Shown in pieces: positions 37,601-48,480 of a DNA stretch of 64,000 bases. The notes beneath the pieces are model-generated. The model did not search any database. It worked only from the letters and a program-made list of their open reading frames with translations, and was not told the origin of the DNA. The position numbers were made by a program, and so were the translations under genes. Source of the stretch: Podarcis bocagei (Eukaryota). Position 1 is the stretch's first letter, and each line of letters begins with the position of its first letter. The DNA lies in NCBI GenBank assembly GCA_964188305.1, contig OZ076889.1; one strand, written 5' to 3'.

Positions 37601-38030
37601 CCTCACTTGTGTCGAGGCTGATGAATGCCAACTGCCAACTGCGTTTTCCCTTCTCTTCCAGGCAGCAGAGAAATATCTCTATTACCCCAAATGGGCAATG
37701 GGCATCCTTGTCTCACTGATCATCCTGGCCACCCTTCCTCTGCCGGTCGTCTTCATCCTCCGCCAGTTTCACCTGGTGTCAGATGGTTCCAATGCTCTTT
37801 CTGTCACTTACAAGAAGGGGCGTATAATGAAGGACATATCCAACTTAGAAGACAATGATGAGACACGTTTCATCTTGAGTAAAGTACCCAGTGAAACCCC
37901 TTCCCCAATGCCTGCACATCGTTCTTATCTAGGCCCCGGGAGCACATCCCCAATGGAGATGAGCAGCGTTGCCAATGGACGCTACAGTAGCGGGTACCTT
38001 ACGGCTACCACTCCCGAATCTGAACTGTGA
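22849..38030 (+). CDS. SLC6A17: SLC6A17 sodium-dependent neutral amino acid transporter (NTT4/XT1), full spliced CDS: join(22849-23128,26518-26675,27519-27645,28371-28552,30137-30247,31674-31915,32538-32730,33692-33884,36203-36362,36631-36793,37662-38030), 725 aa
   Basis: Exon lengths sum to 2178 nt in one open frame and all introns are GT-AG. N-terminus [33 protein letters not shown] and C-terminus ...TPESEL match SLC6A17. SLC6 signature [12 protein letters not shown] present. Adjacent to KCNC4. Confidence 0.97.
25616..25693. repeat. Compound (GAT)n-(AAT)n microsatellite
   Basis: GAT units grade through GATAAT into AAT units. Preceded by a degraded L2-like 3' end. Confidence 0.9.
26518..26675 (+). 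CDS. SLC6A17: SLC6A17 coding exon 2 (TM2)
   Basis: Acceptor ctttcctgccAG; (G)[52 protein letters not shown]; donor CTT|GTAAGT. Confidence 0.97.
27519..27645 (+). CDS. SLC6A17: SLC6A17 coding exon 3 (TM3)
   Basis: [42 protein letters not shown]; acceptor ttgccAG, donor CAA|GTGAGT. Confidence 0.96.
28371..28552 (+). CDS. SLC6A17: SLC6A17 coding exon 4 (EL2, TM4)
   Basis: (T)[60 protein letters not shown]; acceptor ttttcAG, donor AAG|GTAAGT. Confidence 0.96.
28637..28757. mobile_element. Palindromic hAT(Charlie)-like MITE copy
   Basis: cagggatgggaaacctgtggctctccaga...tctggagggccacagcttccccatcccag; terminal inverted arms. Confidence 0.75.
29214..29961. mobile_element. Tc1/mariner-type (Tc2/pogo-like) non-autonomous element in a SLC6A17 intron
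   Basis: 27-bp TIRs CCGCATTGGCCTGAATATAAGCTGCAC / GTGCAGTTTATATTCAGGCCAATATGG (3 mismatches), with TA TSDs at 29212-29213 and 29962-29963. Confidence 0.88.
30137..30247 (+). CDS. SLC6A17: SLC6A17 coding exon 5 (TM5)
   Basis: [37 protein letters not shown]; acceptor ccactcAG, donor AAG|GTAAGC. Confidence 0.96.
31674..31915 (+). CDS. SLC6A17: SLC6A17 coding exon 6 (TM6-TM7)
   Basis: [80 protein letters not shown]; donor TGA|GTAAGT, phase 2. Confidence 0.97.
32240..32420 (-). mobile_element. MIR-like SINE
   Basis: cctcacgacaaccttgttaggtaggttagg...cacccagtgaacttcatggctgagtggg...ccactgcaccacactggctc. Homologous to 61555-61730 (+) and 15460-15590. Confidence 0.65.
32538..32730 (+). CDS. SLC6A17: SLC6A17 coding exon 7 (EL4)
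   Basis: (E)[64 protein letters not shown]; acceptor tccatAG, donor AAG|GTATGT. Not in the ORF track; translated by hand. Confidence 0.95.
33225..33381 (+). mobile_element. tRNA-derived squamate SINE (Squam3-like)
   Basis: cccaggtttattccccagcatctccaggt...gctgagctagatggaccattggtctgacttgg...cctgtcttcct. Confidence 0.7.
33692..33884 (+). CDS. SLC6A17: SLC6A17 coding exon 8 (TM8)
   Basis: [64 protein letters not shown]; donor CAG|GTAAGT. Confidence 0.97.
36203..36362 (+). CDS. SLC6A17: SLC6A17 coding exon 9 (TM9-TM10)
   Basis: (V)[52 protein letters not shown]; acceptor tttacAG, donor GAA|GTAAGC. Confidence 0.96.
36631..36793 (+). CDS. SLC6A17: SLC6A17 coding exon 10 (TM11)
   Basis: (K)[54 protein letters not shown]; acceptor ttcctAG, donor GAG|GTGAGT. 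Confidence 0.96.
37662..38030 (+). CDS. SLC6A17: SLC6A17 last coding exon (TM12, C-terminal tail)
   Basis: [38 protein letters not shown]...TATTPESEL*; acceptor ctcttccAG, stop TGA 38028-38030. ESEL fits a class I PDZ-binding motif. Confidence 0.97.
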   Translation, partial: AAEKYLYYPKWAMGILVSLIILATLPLPVVFILRQFHLVSDGSNALSVTYKKGRIMKDISNLEDNDETRFILSKVPSETPSPMPAHRSYLGPGSTSPMEMSSVANGRYSSGYLTATTPESEL

Positions 38031-39970
38031 CCGTCAACCAGCAACCTCCCTCTGTTTGCTGGGTAAAGGAGAGGAGGTCCAGGAGAAGGAACCTCTGCTT
38101 TAGAACCCCTTCCCAGAATTTACAGCAGACAGGGACTAGATGATGTCAAGAGAGGGTAGACGTGGGAAGGGGCCTTCTCCAGCTGAAATGCCAGATCCCT
38201 CCTCAGTGAATAATAGTAATAAGACATTGCAATAAATTTTTATGGGCATAAGGAAATTTTTAGCCAATTGGCATTGAAAAACACAAATTGCTCCTATATA
38301 AGAGGCTGGAAAAGGGGGATAAGTTAAGGCAACAGCCAAAGAAAAGAGCATCATGTTTTCTGGATCTCTCTCCTTGTCCATCCCGTTCCTCTAGTTGGGA
38401 AAAGAGATATGCCTCATTCCACTGAGTATGTTTAACCACCACCGTTCATAGCACAAGGAAGATCAGTCCTCTTGGTATGGATTCTACCAGACCACCTGTG
38501 GTTTTACACTCTGATAATCTCCAAATAGCACATTCTTGGTCAACACTTCTTGCAAGTCTGGGCCAAGATATATTTTATGTAGGCAGCACATTACAATGCC
38601 TGGCGATGCCATCATGTGATACCTGCCACGTCATTGCTGATGTTGGATCAAAAGCAGTAAGGAACAATGGAATCTTGTTTCAGTGAAGTTTGCATTGGTA
38701 TGCGTGCTAATGTTACTTGCAGTATTCCTTGATCAAACGTCTGCTCATGCAGTGGTGCAAATTCAGGTATGTGCCATGTGCATAGGCCAGAATCAGAAAA
38801 CTGTTCCATCAATGTAAATTTTCTGGAATTTGTGGTGTCACTCCTGATATCTACATAACTCTGAGCAGGCTGTGACCTCAGCCATTTTATCAAATACACC
38901 ATCTGACATAAACTTTTTCAGTAGCAGCCATACTCTGCAAGCACTGTGAGTGCATGCCAGAGTCTTTTTGCTGTCAGTTATGCGACATTAAAAGCACCTT
39001 TAAAAATAGTAATAATAATAATAATATAGGTTCTTACTGAAGAGAGTGCGCAACATCTTTCAAGGTAGTCTAAGTGTGTTGGGTCTGTTGCATTTTCCAT
39101 CAGATGGTGCAGTCATTGCCTTTTACTCTTGTGAATGTGGCTGTGCATGTGTCACAGTAATCTAGGATGCCGCTCATAACATTTTTAATGAATAGTGATT
39201 CAGCTCCATCCAACCTCTGGTTAGTCACATTCAGCTGGTGACTGAACCCTATCTTAAAAGTTTTCTGTTATTTTCATTTTAGTAACTAGGAGGTCATGCA
39301 GTTCTTGTGTGGGAGTACACACTTAATGGGGTTCTTTAAAAGAATGTTGCTCATATATGCCACTGAATTTTAAAAAATCTCTTAAAGATCTTTCTTTCTT
39401 CATTTGCAGTTTGAGCACTCCCCTTTGCACAGTGAGTCTGTGGGAGCACACATTTTGGCTGCTGGAGAACAGCAGAAGGGCACCGCTGCCACAAACCTGC
39501 CCCCGAAAAGTCAAAGTGCAACAGACTCTTGTGCTGTTGCATATGATATTTATGCTGCCAATGGCTAAATGTGCAAAAGCTGCTTTAAGTGCTTTATGGT
39601 TAAGGTGATTTGAGAGCATATAGTCATGGTCACTGATCTGTAGAAAGATCCATGGCCAAAAGTTATATTGCTTTCTCCTGCTGGAAGAGTATAAGATGAG
39701 GAAAATGGAACTCTGAGAATCTTTTCATGCTTGCTAACATGGGGGCAGCTTGTCTCATGAGCAGCTCTTTCGTGGCCTTAAGTTAGGGGACATGTCTGGC
39801 TCCGGAAGCACATGCTTGCAGCAGATAGCAGTGTTGGTTCCAGTGACAGTTGACTGATCCAACCAGCCGTGCTGTGAAAACCACTTTAAATGGATACCCA
39901 CAGATACTATCTCCATGTATTCATTGCAACACAGCCTGAGCTTACAATCCTGTGCTCAGGCATTTGGGAG

Positions 39971-40154
39971 TAGGGTTGAACAGATTGGTCTACTTCTCAT
40001 CCATGTCAGCTTTTCATGTGTTTATTCATAAGTCAGTTCTACCCTGTTTCCACATTAATTTTCAGATTTCTTTTTTAAAAATCCATATGGAAATTAAATG
40101 TAGATTGAAATACATACTTAAGAGTGGCTGGGGAGGCCCAGCCAGATGGGTGGG

Positions 40155-40209
<55 letters not shown>

Positions 40210-40777
40210 AAAATCATAGTTCATCATAACATGAAAATTATATATTTATTTGGATTAAATATATATATATATCTACACATAGATATATTTCAAGTGTTTC
40301 AAAACATATTCAGTATGAAAATAACAATAATAGCTAAATGTTACAGCCCAGCTACTGTAATTTACAGTACAGTACTGTAATTTACAGCTGGTGTAAATAC
40401 TAAATTTATTGGGTATTATGTTACTCCTTTCCCTTTCTCTAGTTGCAGGACCCCTTCCCAAAACAGGCATCAGTAAGATCCCCATCCAGATGCAAAAGGC
40501 ATGTTAAACAGAAAGAAAGAAAGTGAGGACTAACACTAAGTCAAGTTCTGCTGCAGAAAAAAACAATTGTGAATTATGAGTTCCATAGTCTTTTTTTAAA
40601 AAACACCAACAGCAACCACATTTTGGTCCATTTTTAGGCCAAGAAGTGAATTGTAAAATTTGGAGAAGTGTGAAATCCAAAGCATAATTACATTTCAATC
40701 CATGTATTAGTCTGGGAGGTGTGAATGAGATCAGTTCACTTAAAATGCAGACTAAACCAAATTCTTCTCCATCCCTA
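39971..40777 (+). mobile_element. TAGGGATG/CATCCCTA-ended non-autonomous DNA transposon with internal insertions
   Basis: Begins tagggttgaacaga and ends tcttctccatcccta. Both ends align to the reverse complement of 42160-42468. Interrupted by an L2-like tail (hairpin ggctggg-gagg-cccagcc at 40126-40143) and (TAT)n. Confidence 0.6.
40156..40208. repeat. (TAT)n microsatellite
   Basis: About 17 perfect TAT units. Confidence 0.95.
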
Positions 40778-42159
40778 CCTTGGTGTAAGCACCACTGAAC
40801 ATAGTGGGAATTCTGAGAAAAAAATGCACAGGCTTGCACTTGTAGTGGGAATTTCTCCCCACATCACTTTCAGCTCTCCCCGCCCCCTCCAATCAAAGAG
40901 GCTTGTTGTAGCTCAGGAAACCCCCCAGACCTGGCTGTTCTGTGTTGTGGGCCTTGCTGCACTGGGGCAGTTGCCATGGCAAACAATTCTGTGTTACCTG
41001 ACCAGAGCACCTGCTGTCTTTTGCCATTAGCAGTAGCTACTCTCCGCAGAGTCTCAGCTTGTGAAAACTTTTCAGCACTTCTTAGACTCCCAGGACCTAG
41101 AGTACAAAAAAAAAAATATAGGAGGACATTTAGTGAGGTGGCAATCCATCCTAGGTCCTGTTGGAACCGAAGGGAATTCGTCATATCAGATGGAAAGCTC
41201 CTTGTGTCCTGGTTTGTTTTTGCCTCTTCTTCGGCATGCAAAATCTCCCTGCTACTCTTTCCCCACTCTCTGCTTTACCCTCTTAAGGCATGAGTAACCA
41301 ATGTGCTGTCATCCAGGTGTAGCTGCACTCCAACCCCCTCCAGCTCCACTCAGCATGGCATGGCCAATGGTCCAGGAAAATGGGAGTTTTAGTCCAGCAA
41401 CACCTTAAGGGCATGCCTCCAGATGCCGATCCCTGCTATCGTTCTTCTGATTCAATTCACCGGAAGCCTCTTGCAGCCTCCTTGAATAAATTCCACTCTG
41501 TATTATTTGTTTAGTCCCTGTAGAATTTCTCTTGAGTTGCTTCATGCAGACTCTGGGCCTCTGGGGAGCTTAGCTGCTTTGGAAACCAATCCCTTTGCCT
41601 GACAATATTTTTTAATAGATGCATCTCTGAACCCCCTAAGCAAAAATTAGCTGAACTCTACACGGCCCTTTGAAAGTGAGGAAATGGAGAGATTGTTAAG
41701 TCTGTTTCAGTGTGAGTCAGCAACAGAAGCAAGCGATGAAGCCTGGCTTCCCAACCCAACCCTTTCCTCTCTTGCCTTTATCCCTTTAGCTTAATATAGC
41801 TGGAAAGGGTTAGGGTATCGTCTTTTTTTAAAAAAAGAAAACCCTACATTGAGGCACACCAATAAATGTTAGTGTCTATTTTGTATGGGAATGAAAAATG
41901 TCAAGGCTTATTCATTATGGAACAGCAGGTTGTGTTGTCAGGAAAATGCCAGGCATGTGAAAAGGGAGCAGAACACCAGACTGTCTAAAATCCACATTCT
42001 CTCTGGTTCCTGAAACAAAGAGCTGCTTTACAGGGTTTACTGATTATTTGGTTTGCCTGTGCCATTGCATATGCATGCCAGTAGTTCATCACATTTTACA
42101 CCTTGGCAAGACAATGGCCCTCTTTCTGTTCTCTGTTCTGATTTGGCTTCAATCTGGTT

Positions 42160-42468
42160 TGTTTTAGTTTGGTCTGCATTTTAAAGCAGGAATATCTTGA
42201 TTTGCACTTCCTAGATGAATACATAGATTTGGGTGCAGCCATCCTTTTGCACTTCTCTGAATTTTGTAATTTTTACACTCAAAATGTAAAAATACGTAAA
42301 ATGCATATTTTAGGTTAGAATGTGTATGAAAATTTGTGCACTGTGAAAAAATACATTTAAAAATGTTGATTTTTCTGGTTTTTTTTAAAAAAAACCACTG
42401 ATCGCTGCAAAAGCATAATGGAACAGACTTATGAATGAACACATGCAAAGCTGATCTATCCATCCCTA
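42160..42468 (-). mobile_element. Inverted copy of the TAGGGATG-ended DNA transposon family
   Basis: Minus strand starts tagggatggatagatcagctttgcatgtgttcattcataagtctgttcc, versus tcagcttttcatgtgtttattcataagtcagttct at about 40006 on the + strand. Confidence 0.65.
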
Positions 42469-43431
42469 GTGCCAGTGGGTGGCAGTGTTTTGCTATGTCC
42501 AACCTCAAGGTTGCTCCACACATTTGAGGCTCCCTTGTTTTCTCTGTTCAGTTTTGCATGCAGGTACACGGCCAAAGGATGTGAATTAAGCAGTATGCAG
42601 TTGCACGTTTGCAGGATAAGTGCAGCACTTGCCCAGGCCCCACCCTGCAATTATGGGAATTGTTCAAAGCCTCTTCATGTACTGCTGGTCTACACTAATA
42701 TTTCCCCACCAGTGGTATGATCCTGTGAAGAAAACACGTGGAGACCTTGAATATGTGACATGACCCAAAAGCATCTAAAATAACAGGGAAGAAGGAATGG
42801 TGGTAACCTGTAAGACACAGTGTGCTTTTTTTACCTAATGACAGCCTGACACACTCTTTTGGAGATCATGACAGACTGCCACCTCTGTGTTGCTTTTTCT
42901 TTAATCCTAAACACATTGCTAAGGAAATAAGCCCCATCAATTCCAATGATACTCCTTTCCACCATCAGAATACTGGTTGCAAAGGTGTAATGAATGCCTA
43001 TTGCAGGACTTGGATTACACAAATTGCAAAGGGTTCAGAGGAGACCCAACCCATTACCTTTTGTGATGGTTGCTGTTTATAGAAGGTGTGGGTGTGGGTG
43101 TGGTTTGACTAAAATTGAGGAGCATGTCAATATAATTGATTTGATTAAGGCTCGGCAGAGACTTGTCCCGACACCATCTTCGTCAGTCAGAAGCAGAGAA
43201 TATATGAGCTTTGAATCTGAGCAATGAAATGGAACATTGTCCCCAACACAATGCCTGTGATGGGATTTTGAGGCCTTATGTTTTGGGTTGAAGAGGAGGT
43301 TTTGGCCTTCCACTTACTGTGTGGTGGTGGCAACTTTGGAGTTGTGACAAAGGAGAGATGTAGCTGAAAGAATTGCAATCTAGAAGTTTCCTTCTTTTGT
43401 GTTTCTTCCTTTTGTGTGTCTTTTTCTGGCC

Positions 43432-43614
43432 CCTCGTTGGCATCCATCTGTCTTGAGAGGCAATGAAAGAGCGCACCATTGTGGGTAAAGCCAAACCGTT
43501 GGAGGGTTACAGCACCTGCTGTGGCTGTACAGATATGAGAGAGACTTGTTTTATTGCAGCTAGGGCAGATGAAGGCATCCAATTTCGCTGTTGCAGATGC
43601 ACCATGGCGTTTCC
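43432..43614 (-). mobile_element. RTE-clade LINE 3' fragment (non-BovB)
   Basis: Minus strand reads FICPSCNKTSLSHI then, after a frameshift, YSHSRCC, like the RTE C-terminal CxxC...SRIGLxSHxR motif. Followed by the tail ctctcaagacagatggatgccaac. Confidence 0.7.
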
Positions 43615-46600
43615 TTGTTTCCTACCTTACAAATATGGTTAATTGAGCTCAGGAGGTGGCTACTGTAGCCTAGTGGGGAACTATGGAAATCAGCTTCAGA
43701 AGGTCTGCTGATGAGCTGTTACATAATTAGCCCCCGTAGGAAGTCCATTACTAGTTCCATTGTTCTCTTTCCCAGCCTATGCTCTTTCTTCCTCTTCTTC
43801 CAATGTTATCTCCTTTAGAGTGGAGGTTGCTAGGGACTTGCAAACATCTTCATCTATATGTATTTCTGTCGCTGTGCATTCTCAGCTTATGCACACTGGC
43901 ACATTATTTTCCAAGTTCCATAGGACAGACTAGAACCAATGTAAACCAGTGCACCTGGAGTGAGTAGTTCGGATGCTCAGGTGAAGCAGATCTGTGCCAT
44001 GTTGCTATGGATCTTGGCCACCATTTGAGTGGGCCATGCCTCTGGTTCTGAGGTGGGTCCATTGCATTTCCTTCTCTTATCCTGTGGCATAATGCCAGCA
44101 GCAATGGGAAGAAAAAGAAACACTATAGTATATGTGTGTATATATAGAGAGTAACCTATAGTTTCTATTTCTATTGTATATTTATTCTGTAAATGTTGGT
44201 GTAAATTCTGTTAAATGACAAAGCATATTCCAAAGTGATCCGTGAACTATTTTCATTCTCAGTGCTGTACAGATCTATTTTACTGTATATTTGATATATT
44301 TATAATTTTTTAGTGTACGACTGGTGACCACACCCTGCTGAGCTGCCCACTTGGGGGTGGGGTGGGTGGGGAGAGCACAGAAGGGCACTGCCTTCATTAT
44401 TTCTGTGGAAATATAACAGTATTACATTGTGGCATTTTGCTAGGCATTAGAATTGGGAAGTGGTGGGATTAAATGTTAGATACCTTGAGCAGTTGCTCCA
44501 TTGAGTCTCCTTGTGTTAGGGCTTGTAACTGCTGGTGTGTGTGTGTGTGTGTTTTATTAGGGTTAGTTCTATCTATAACGCAGTCACTTTCAAAGCCATT
44601 CCATAGCTTTACGTTATGATGGATGTTCTCAGTAGATGACCATGCCTTGAGGGTGTCCGAAATTTATGGCTCATTCCTGTCAGGGATAAAACAGGCACAC
44701 TACATGCTTTTGTGACCATGCCCAGGCTATATTTCATAATTACAAGAATGAGCCAGAAATTATGATCACTGTTGAACTGAAGTACAGAAATGGGTGGTGT
44801 TAGATGGGGCGCTTCTGAAGTCAAATTTGACCTTCCTCTTTAGTGTGGGGAGGGCCAAGTGGCCTTTATATAGATATACATACCTGTTGTTTGCATGACC
44901 CAACTTTGCAAAAATCGTAGCCATCATATGATGACGGATCAGTTGAGAATATTCTCAGAAAAAATAATAATCCTGATCTGCCATTGAGCTGCCCCCTTTA
45001 GTTGATACCTGATCCGACCACTTAGGATATCTAGTTTCTTATAGCACACACTACAACTTCCAGAAAGCACAAAAGCCCAGATGGGAAAAAGCAATATTTC
45101 AGTGGCCCCTCCATTCAATGCCCCTATCTGGAATGTATCCCATAGTTCTAGTATTTTCACTCTAAGTACTCAGGAGCTATTGAGTGAATCCACTTGGTAG
45201 GGGTCCTTTTCTTTTACACATTCATTCTATGTATCCTGATCCTTCAGGCACAATCAGGTCATACCAGGTTTCTGCCTTTTGGTGTAGCCACATAAATACT
45301 GAAGTTGCTGAAATGTTTACCCTATGGAGGAATGCCAGTCATACCCAGCACACTAGTTTTATATGTTTAACTTGGCTAGCAGCCTCCAGACAATAGCACA
45401 GGCAACAGAGGAAATTTACATTCCAATCCAGAAAATGAAGTCTCTGTGTAGTACCAAGTTCCACATGCAGGTCTAATTCTTTGGATCAAGATCTGTGGGC
45501 ATGAACTGGCTGCATCCAAATGTGAGTGCCATCATTTTGTGCTGCGTTGCTTTTGGTTTGATACAGATCCAGGTGTGCATCCCCACCTGCAATGCAAATC
45601 AGTCAGATCAGAGCTGGATGGACTTCAGACTCCCTCATTGTTTGATAGTATATGCCTTTTTATCTTGTCACGAGAAGGGCTTGAAGCCAAAGCCTTCCGA
45701 TTTTAACCACAGCACCTCTGTTGCTTTAGAGTGGAACAGGTGAGCTTTTAAGAGTACAGGGAATGTAGTTGCCAATGAAATCTGAAAGCATAGATCCATA
45801 GATGTGGCTGGTTTCATTATGTGGATGGAGTAAATAGTCTTATATTAACAGTCCAGTCCTATGCAGAGTTAAATGTGCTTGGTTTTGCATAGGTTCAACC
45901 TGCACATTGACCACATGGGGGGTTCATCCTGTAGCAATGACAAATTGCATAGACTTGGCCACATCAGAAAACATCCCAACGTTCTTAGTCCTTGGGTTTC
46001 ATCCATTGGAGCTTGGCTGAGCTCATCAGTGTTTTCTACCTTAAATTACCTACACCTGGCATTCCAGGAGTTGAGGGAAATGCTAATCTTTACCCAATAA
46101 GGCTGCTCTGGATTAACTTTACTCTTACCAGCTGATAGTTTTCACGTTGCCTCAAAACTGCTTAATAAACCTTGGCAACCCCATCCTCCATCACCTTTAG
46201 ATCAAACTGCCTGTAACATAATGAGCTGCAGTTTTAATCAAATATATAGCTAAAATAAAATAAGGTAGCTGCTAATGCAACAGGGAATCAGGTTCCTGAC
46301 CCTGCACTCTTAACCAATTGTCCCCCCTTCCCCTGATCTCTTACAGGGACAAGCTTTTTCTAAATGATCAAATATTACTCGATCTTCTTGCTAGAGCCAT
46401 GTCTTTTAGATTTTTAAAGTAGCAGTGGGTCCAACAGGTAGCCATGAGGAATGTCAGCACAAGACAGGAACTCTGAATCCTTCACTCTGCTGTGAAAGGA
46501 TTCTTACCTCCAGCTGTGGAGCATCTCCTTCACCGCAACACAGTGGCATCACATTGGTGTACTTGAGATAGCAGGTCTATGCAGAACCACTCAGAGATCT

Positions 46601-47539
46601 GTTCCAAAAGAAGGCCCCCCAATGAGATGTTGTCTTGTTCTGGGAAAACACTGTGCTATTAATACCATGGCGGAGGTTTCCCAGAATCCACTGTGGAGGT
46701 TGTTTGGCAACCAAAGCCCGATTCAGCAGTGGAATACAAATATCCATTGACTTCATAGCAAGCCCTAAGAGGTAGATGCAAGTAGTATTGTTAGCCTGAA
46801 GACAACTCGGGTGTCCTGGGGGAAAGAGGCAGGGAGAGGGTGCACTTGAGCCTAGCATCCAGTGCCTGACAGGCTAGCCTCCATAGCTGGGCCCTAAATC
46901 CCTAACTGGGATGCCTCTAACTGCAGTGAGGAAAGCAGAACTTGGAGCAGGTGTGGTGGCGCTGGCGAGTTTTCTAAACTTTCATGCAGTGAAAAAGTAC
47001 ATGTCTCTGATGAAACTTTGCTGTAGAAATAAAAACAGCAGCACAGATTGTAGTGATTTGTCTCATATAAGTGTAAGCACCATATGCACCCTGTGTCAGC
47101 GGGAAAACTCTGTTGTATGGGAGAAATACTGTAACAACTCCACAGCAGCCTGCAATTAAAAGAGTTTCTTCTTTATTACCATGCAATGTCTCCTGGGTCT
47201 CCTTTTTTGCTTGTACATAATGCCAGGTCATTGGGGAGCACTTGTCGTTAAGCTCTTGAGGAAAGAAGGGTATGGCCCACTGCACAACTCTTAACTCGCA
47301 AAGAAATCCTTTATTCCGATCACACCAGAACTGGAGAGATGATGATGCTACATCAACAGAACAGCTGTTGTATCCAGTGCATGCTAAGCCAAGGGGGGTG
47401 GGGGCCACAATACCAGAAAATGTAAAAAAAATGGCATCAAAGTGGCAGGCATTCAACACACATACACACCGCGGTGTCCCTGGAAACTCCATCAGTGTCC
47501 AGAAATTGTGGATTATGCTTGTAATTTTTGTTTGTGTGT

Positions 47540-48062
47540 TTATTTTATTTGTTTATTGAATTTATATACCGCCCTATACCCGGGGGGCTCAGGGCGGTTC
47601 ACAGAATAAAATCAAGATATAAAACCACAAAATACATAATAAAAATAAAAACAACAACCCAATAGCCTCCCCCCCAACACATTTTAAAAGGGCATAGGGT
47701 GTAAATCAGATCAACCAAAGGCCTGGTTAAAAAGGAATGTTTTTGCCTGGTGCCTCAAGGTATTTAATGAAGATGGCAGGTGAACTTGCCTGGAGAGGGC
47801 ATTCCACAGATGGGGAGCCACTGCAGAGAAGGCCCGTTCCCATGTTGCCACCCTCTGGACCTCTCGAGGATGAGACACATGGAGGAGGGCCTCAGAGGAT
47901 GATCTCAGGGTCCAGGTAGGTTCATATGGAAAGAGGCGGTCCTTGAGGTATTGCAGTCCTGAGCCATTTAAGGCTTTGTAGGTCAAAACCAGCACTTTGA
48001 ATTGGGCCCGGAAACTAATTGGTAGCCAGTGCAGTTGGACCAGTATTAATGTAATACGCTCA
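47540..48062 (-). mobile_element. L2 LINE 3' fragment, relatively intact
   Basis: Minus strand reads QLHWLPISFRAQFKVLVLTYKALNGSGLQYLKDRLFPYEPTWTLRSSSEALL...RAFSAVAPHLWNAL...KTFLFNQAF, followed by a 3' UTR with stem-loop and a (AAAT)n-like tail. Confidence 0.9.
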
Positions 48063-48065
48063 AAT

Positions 48066-48480
48066 TTGTATTATTAATTTTGTATCCCTGCCTTCACCCC
48101 ACAGGAGCCCAGGGTGGCAAGCATCAAGAGGTAAAAACAGTACAATTTAAAATTAAGCACATTTAAAACACTTTAAAACATTTTTTTAAAAAACATAAAG
48201 CACTTTAAAAACAACTTTAAAAAACAAAAGCAGTTTAAAAACATTTAGAACTTTTAAAAACATTTAAAACAAATACACTCGGTTATTAATGTTATAGTTG
48301 CCATGGCTACTATATATTACCCATCCTGGGTAAACAGGTATGTTTTTAGATTTCTCCTGCAAGTCAGTAATGAGGGAGACAGGAAGACCTCTCCAGGGTG
48401 GGCATTCCACAAATGGGTCAGCACCAACAAGAAGGACCTGTACACACCAACTGGAAAGGAGCCGCTGGACTCACATGCTG
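48066..48480 (-). mobile_element. Second, older L2 3' fragment with TTTAAAA-rich expansion
   Basis: tatccctgccttc...gagcccagggtggc stem-loop, aaacaggtatgtttttag and gggcattccacaaatggg parallel the adjacent L2. Tandem tttaaaa units at 48145-48270. Confidence 0.65.

Larger units (their letters stand above)
38031..44500 (+). other. SLC6A17: Putative long 3' UTR of SLC6A17 (end uncertain)
   Basis: Candidate poly(A) signals are AATAAA at 38231, 41485 and 41861, and ATTAAA at 44468 followed by a GT-rich tract. An AU-rich, UTR-like block at 44125-44315 suggests a distal end. Confidence 0.4.

Noticed and set aside
37659-37668. CAG-GCAG-CAG tandem acceptors at the last SLC6A17 exon
   Set aside because: The downstream AGs at +4 and +7 would shift the frame; only the first preserves the conserved protein.
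39952-40209. ORFs with poly-Tyr; similarly poly-Asn/Asp at 20902 and 25609 and poly-Glu/Ser at 61791-62148
   Set aside because: Translations of microsatellites.
38031-44500. miRNA seed matches such as CACTGTGA (38942, 42340)
   Set aside because: 7-8-mers are expected by chance in 6 kb; uninformative without conservation data.
48145-48270. Regularly spaced TTTAAAA units resembling an array
   Set aside because: Low-complexity expansion inside an L2 3' UTR with no unique spacers; not CRISPR-like.
48297-48310. RFX X-box-like GTTGCCATGGCTAC
   Set aside because: Lies inside an L2 remnant and has a mismatch in the right half; no supporting context.
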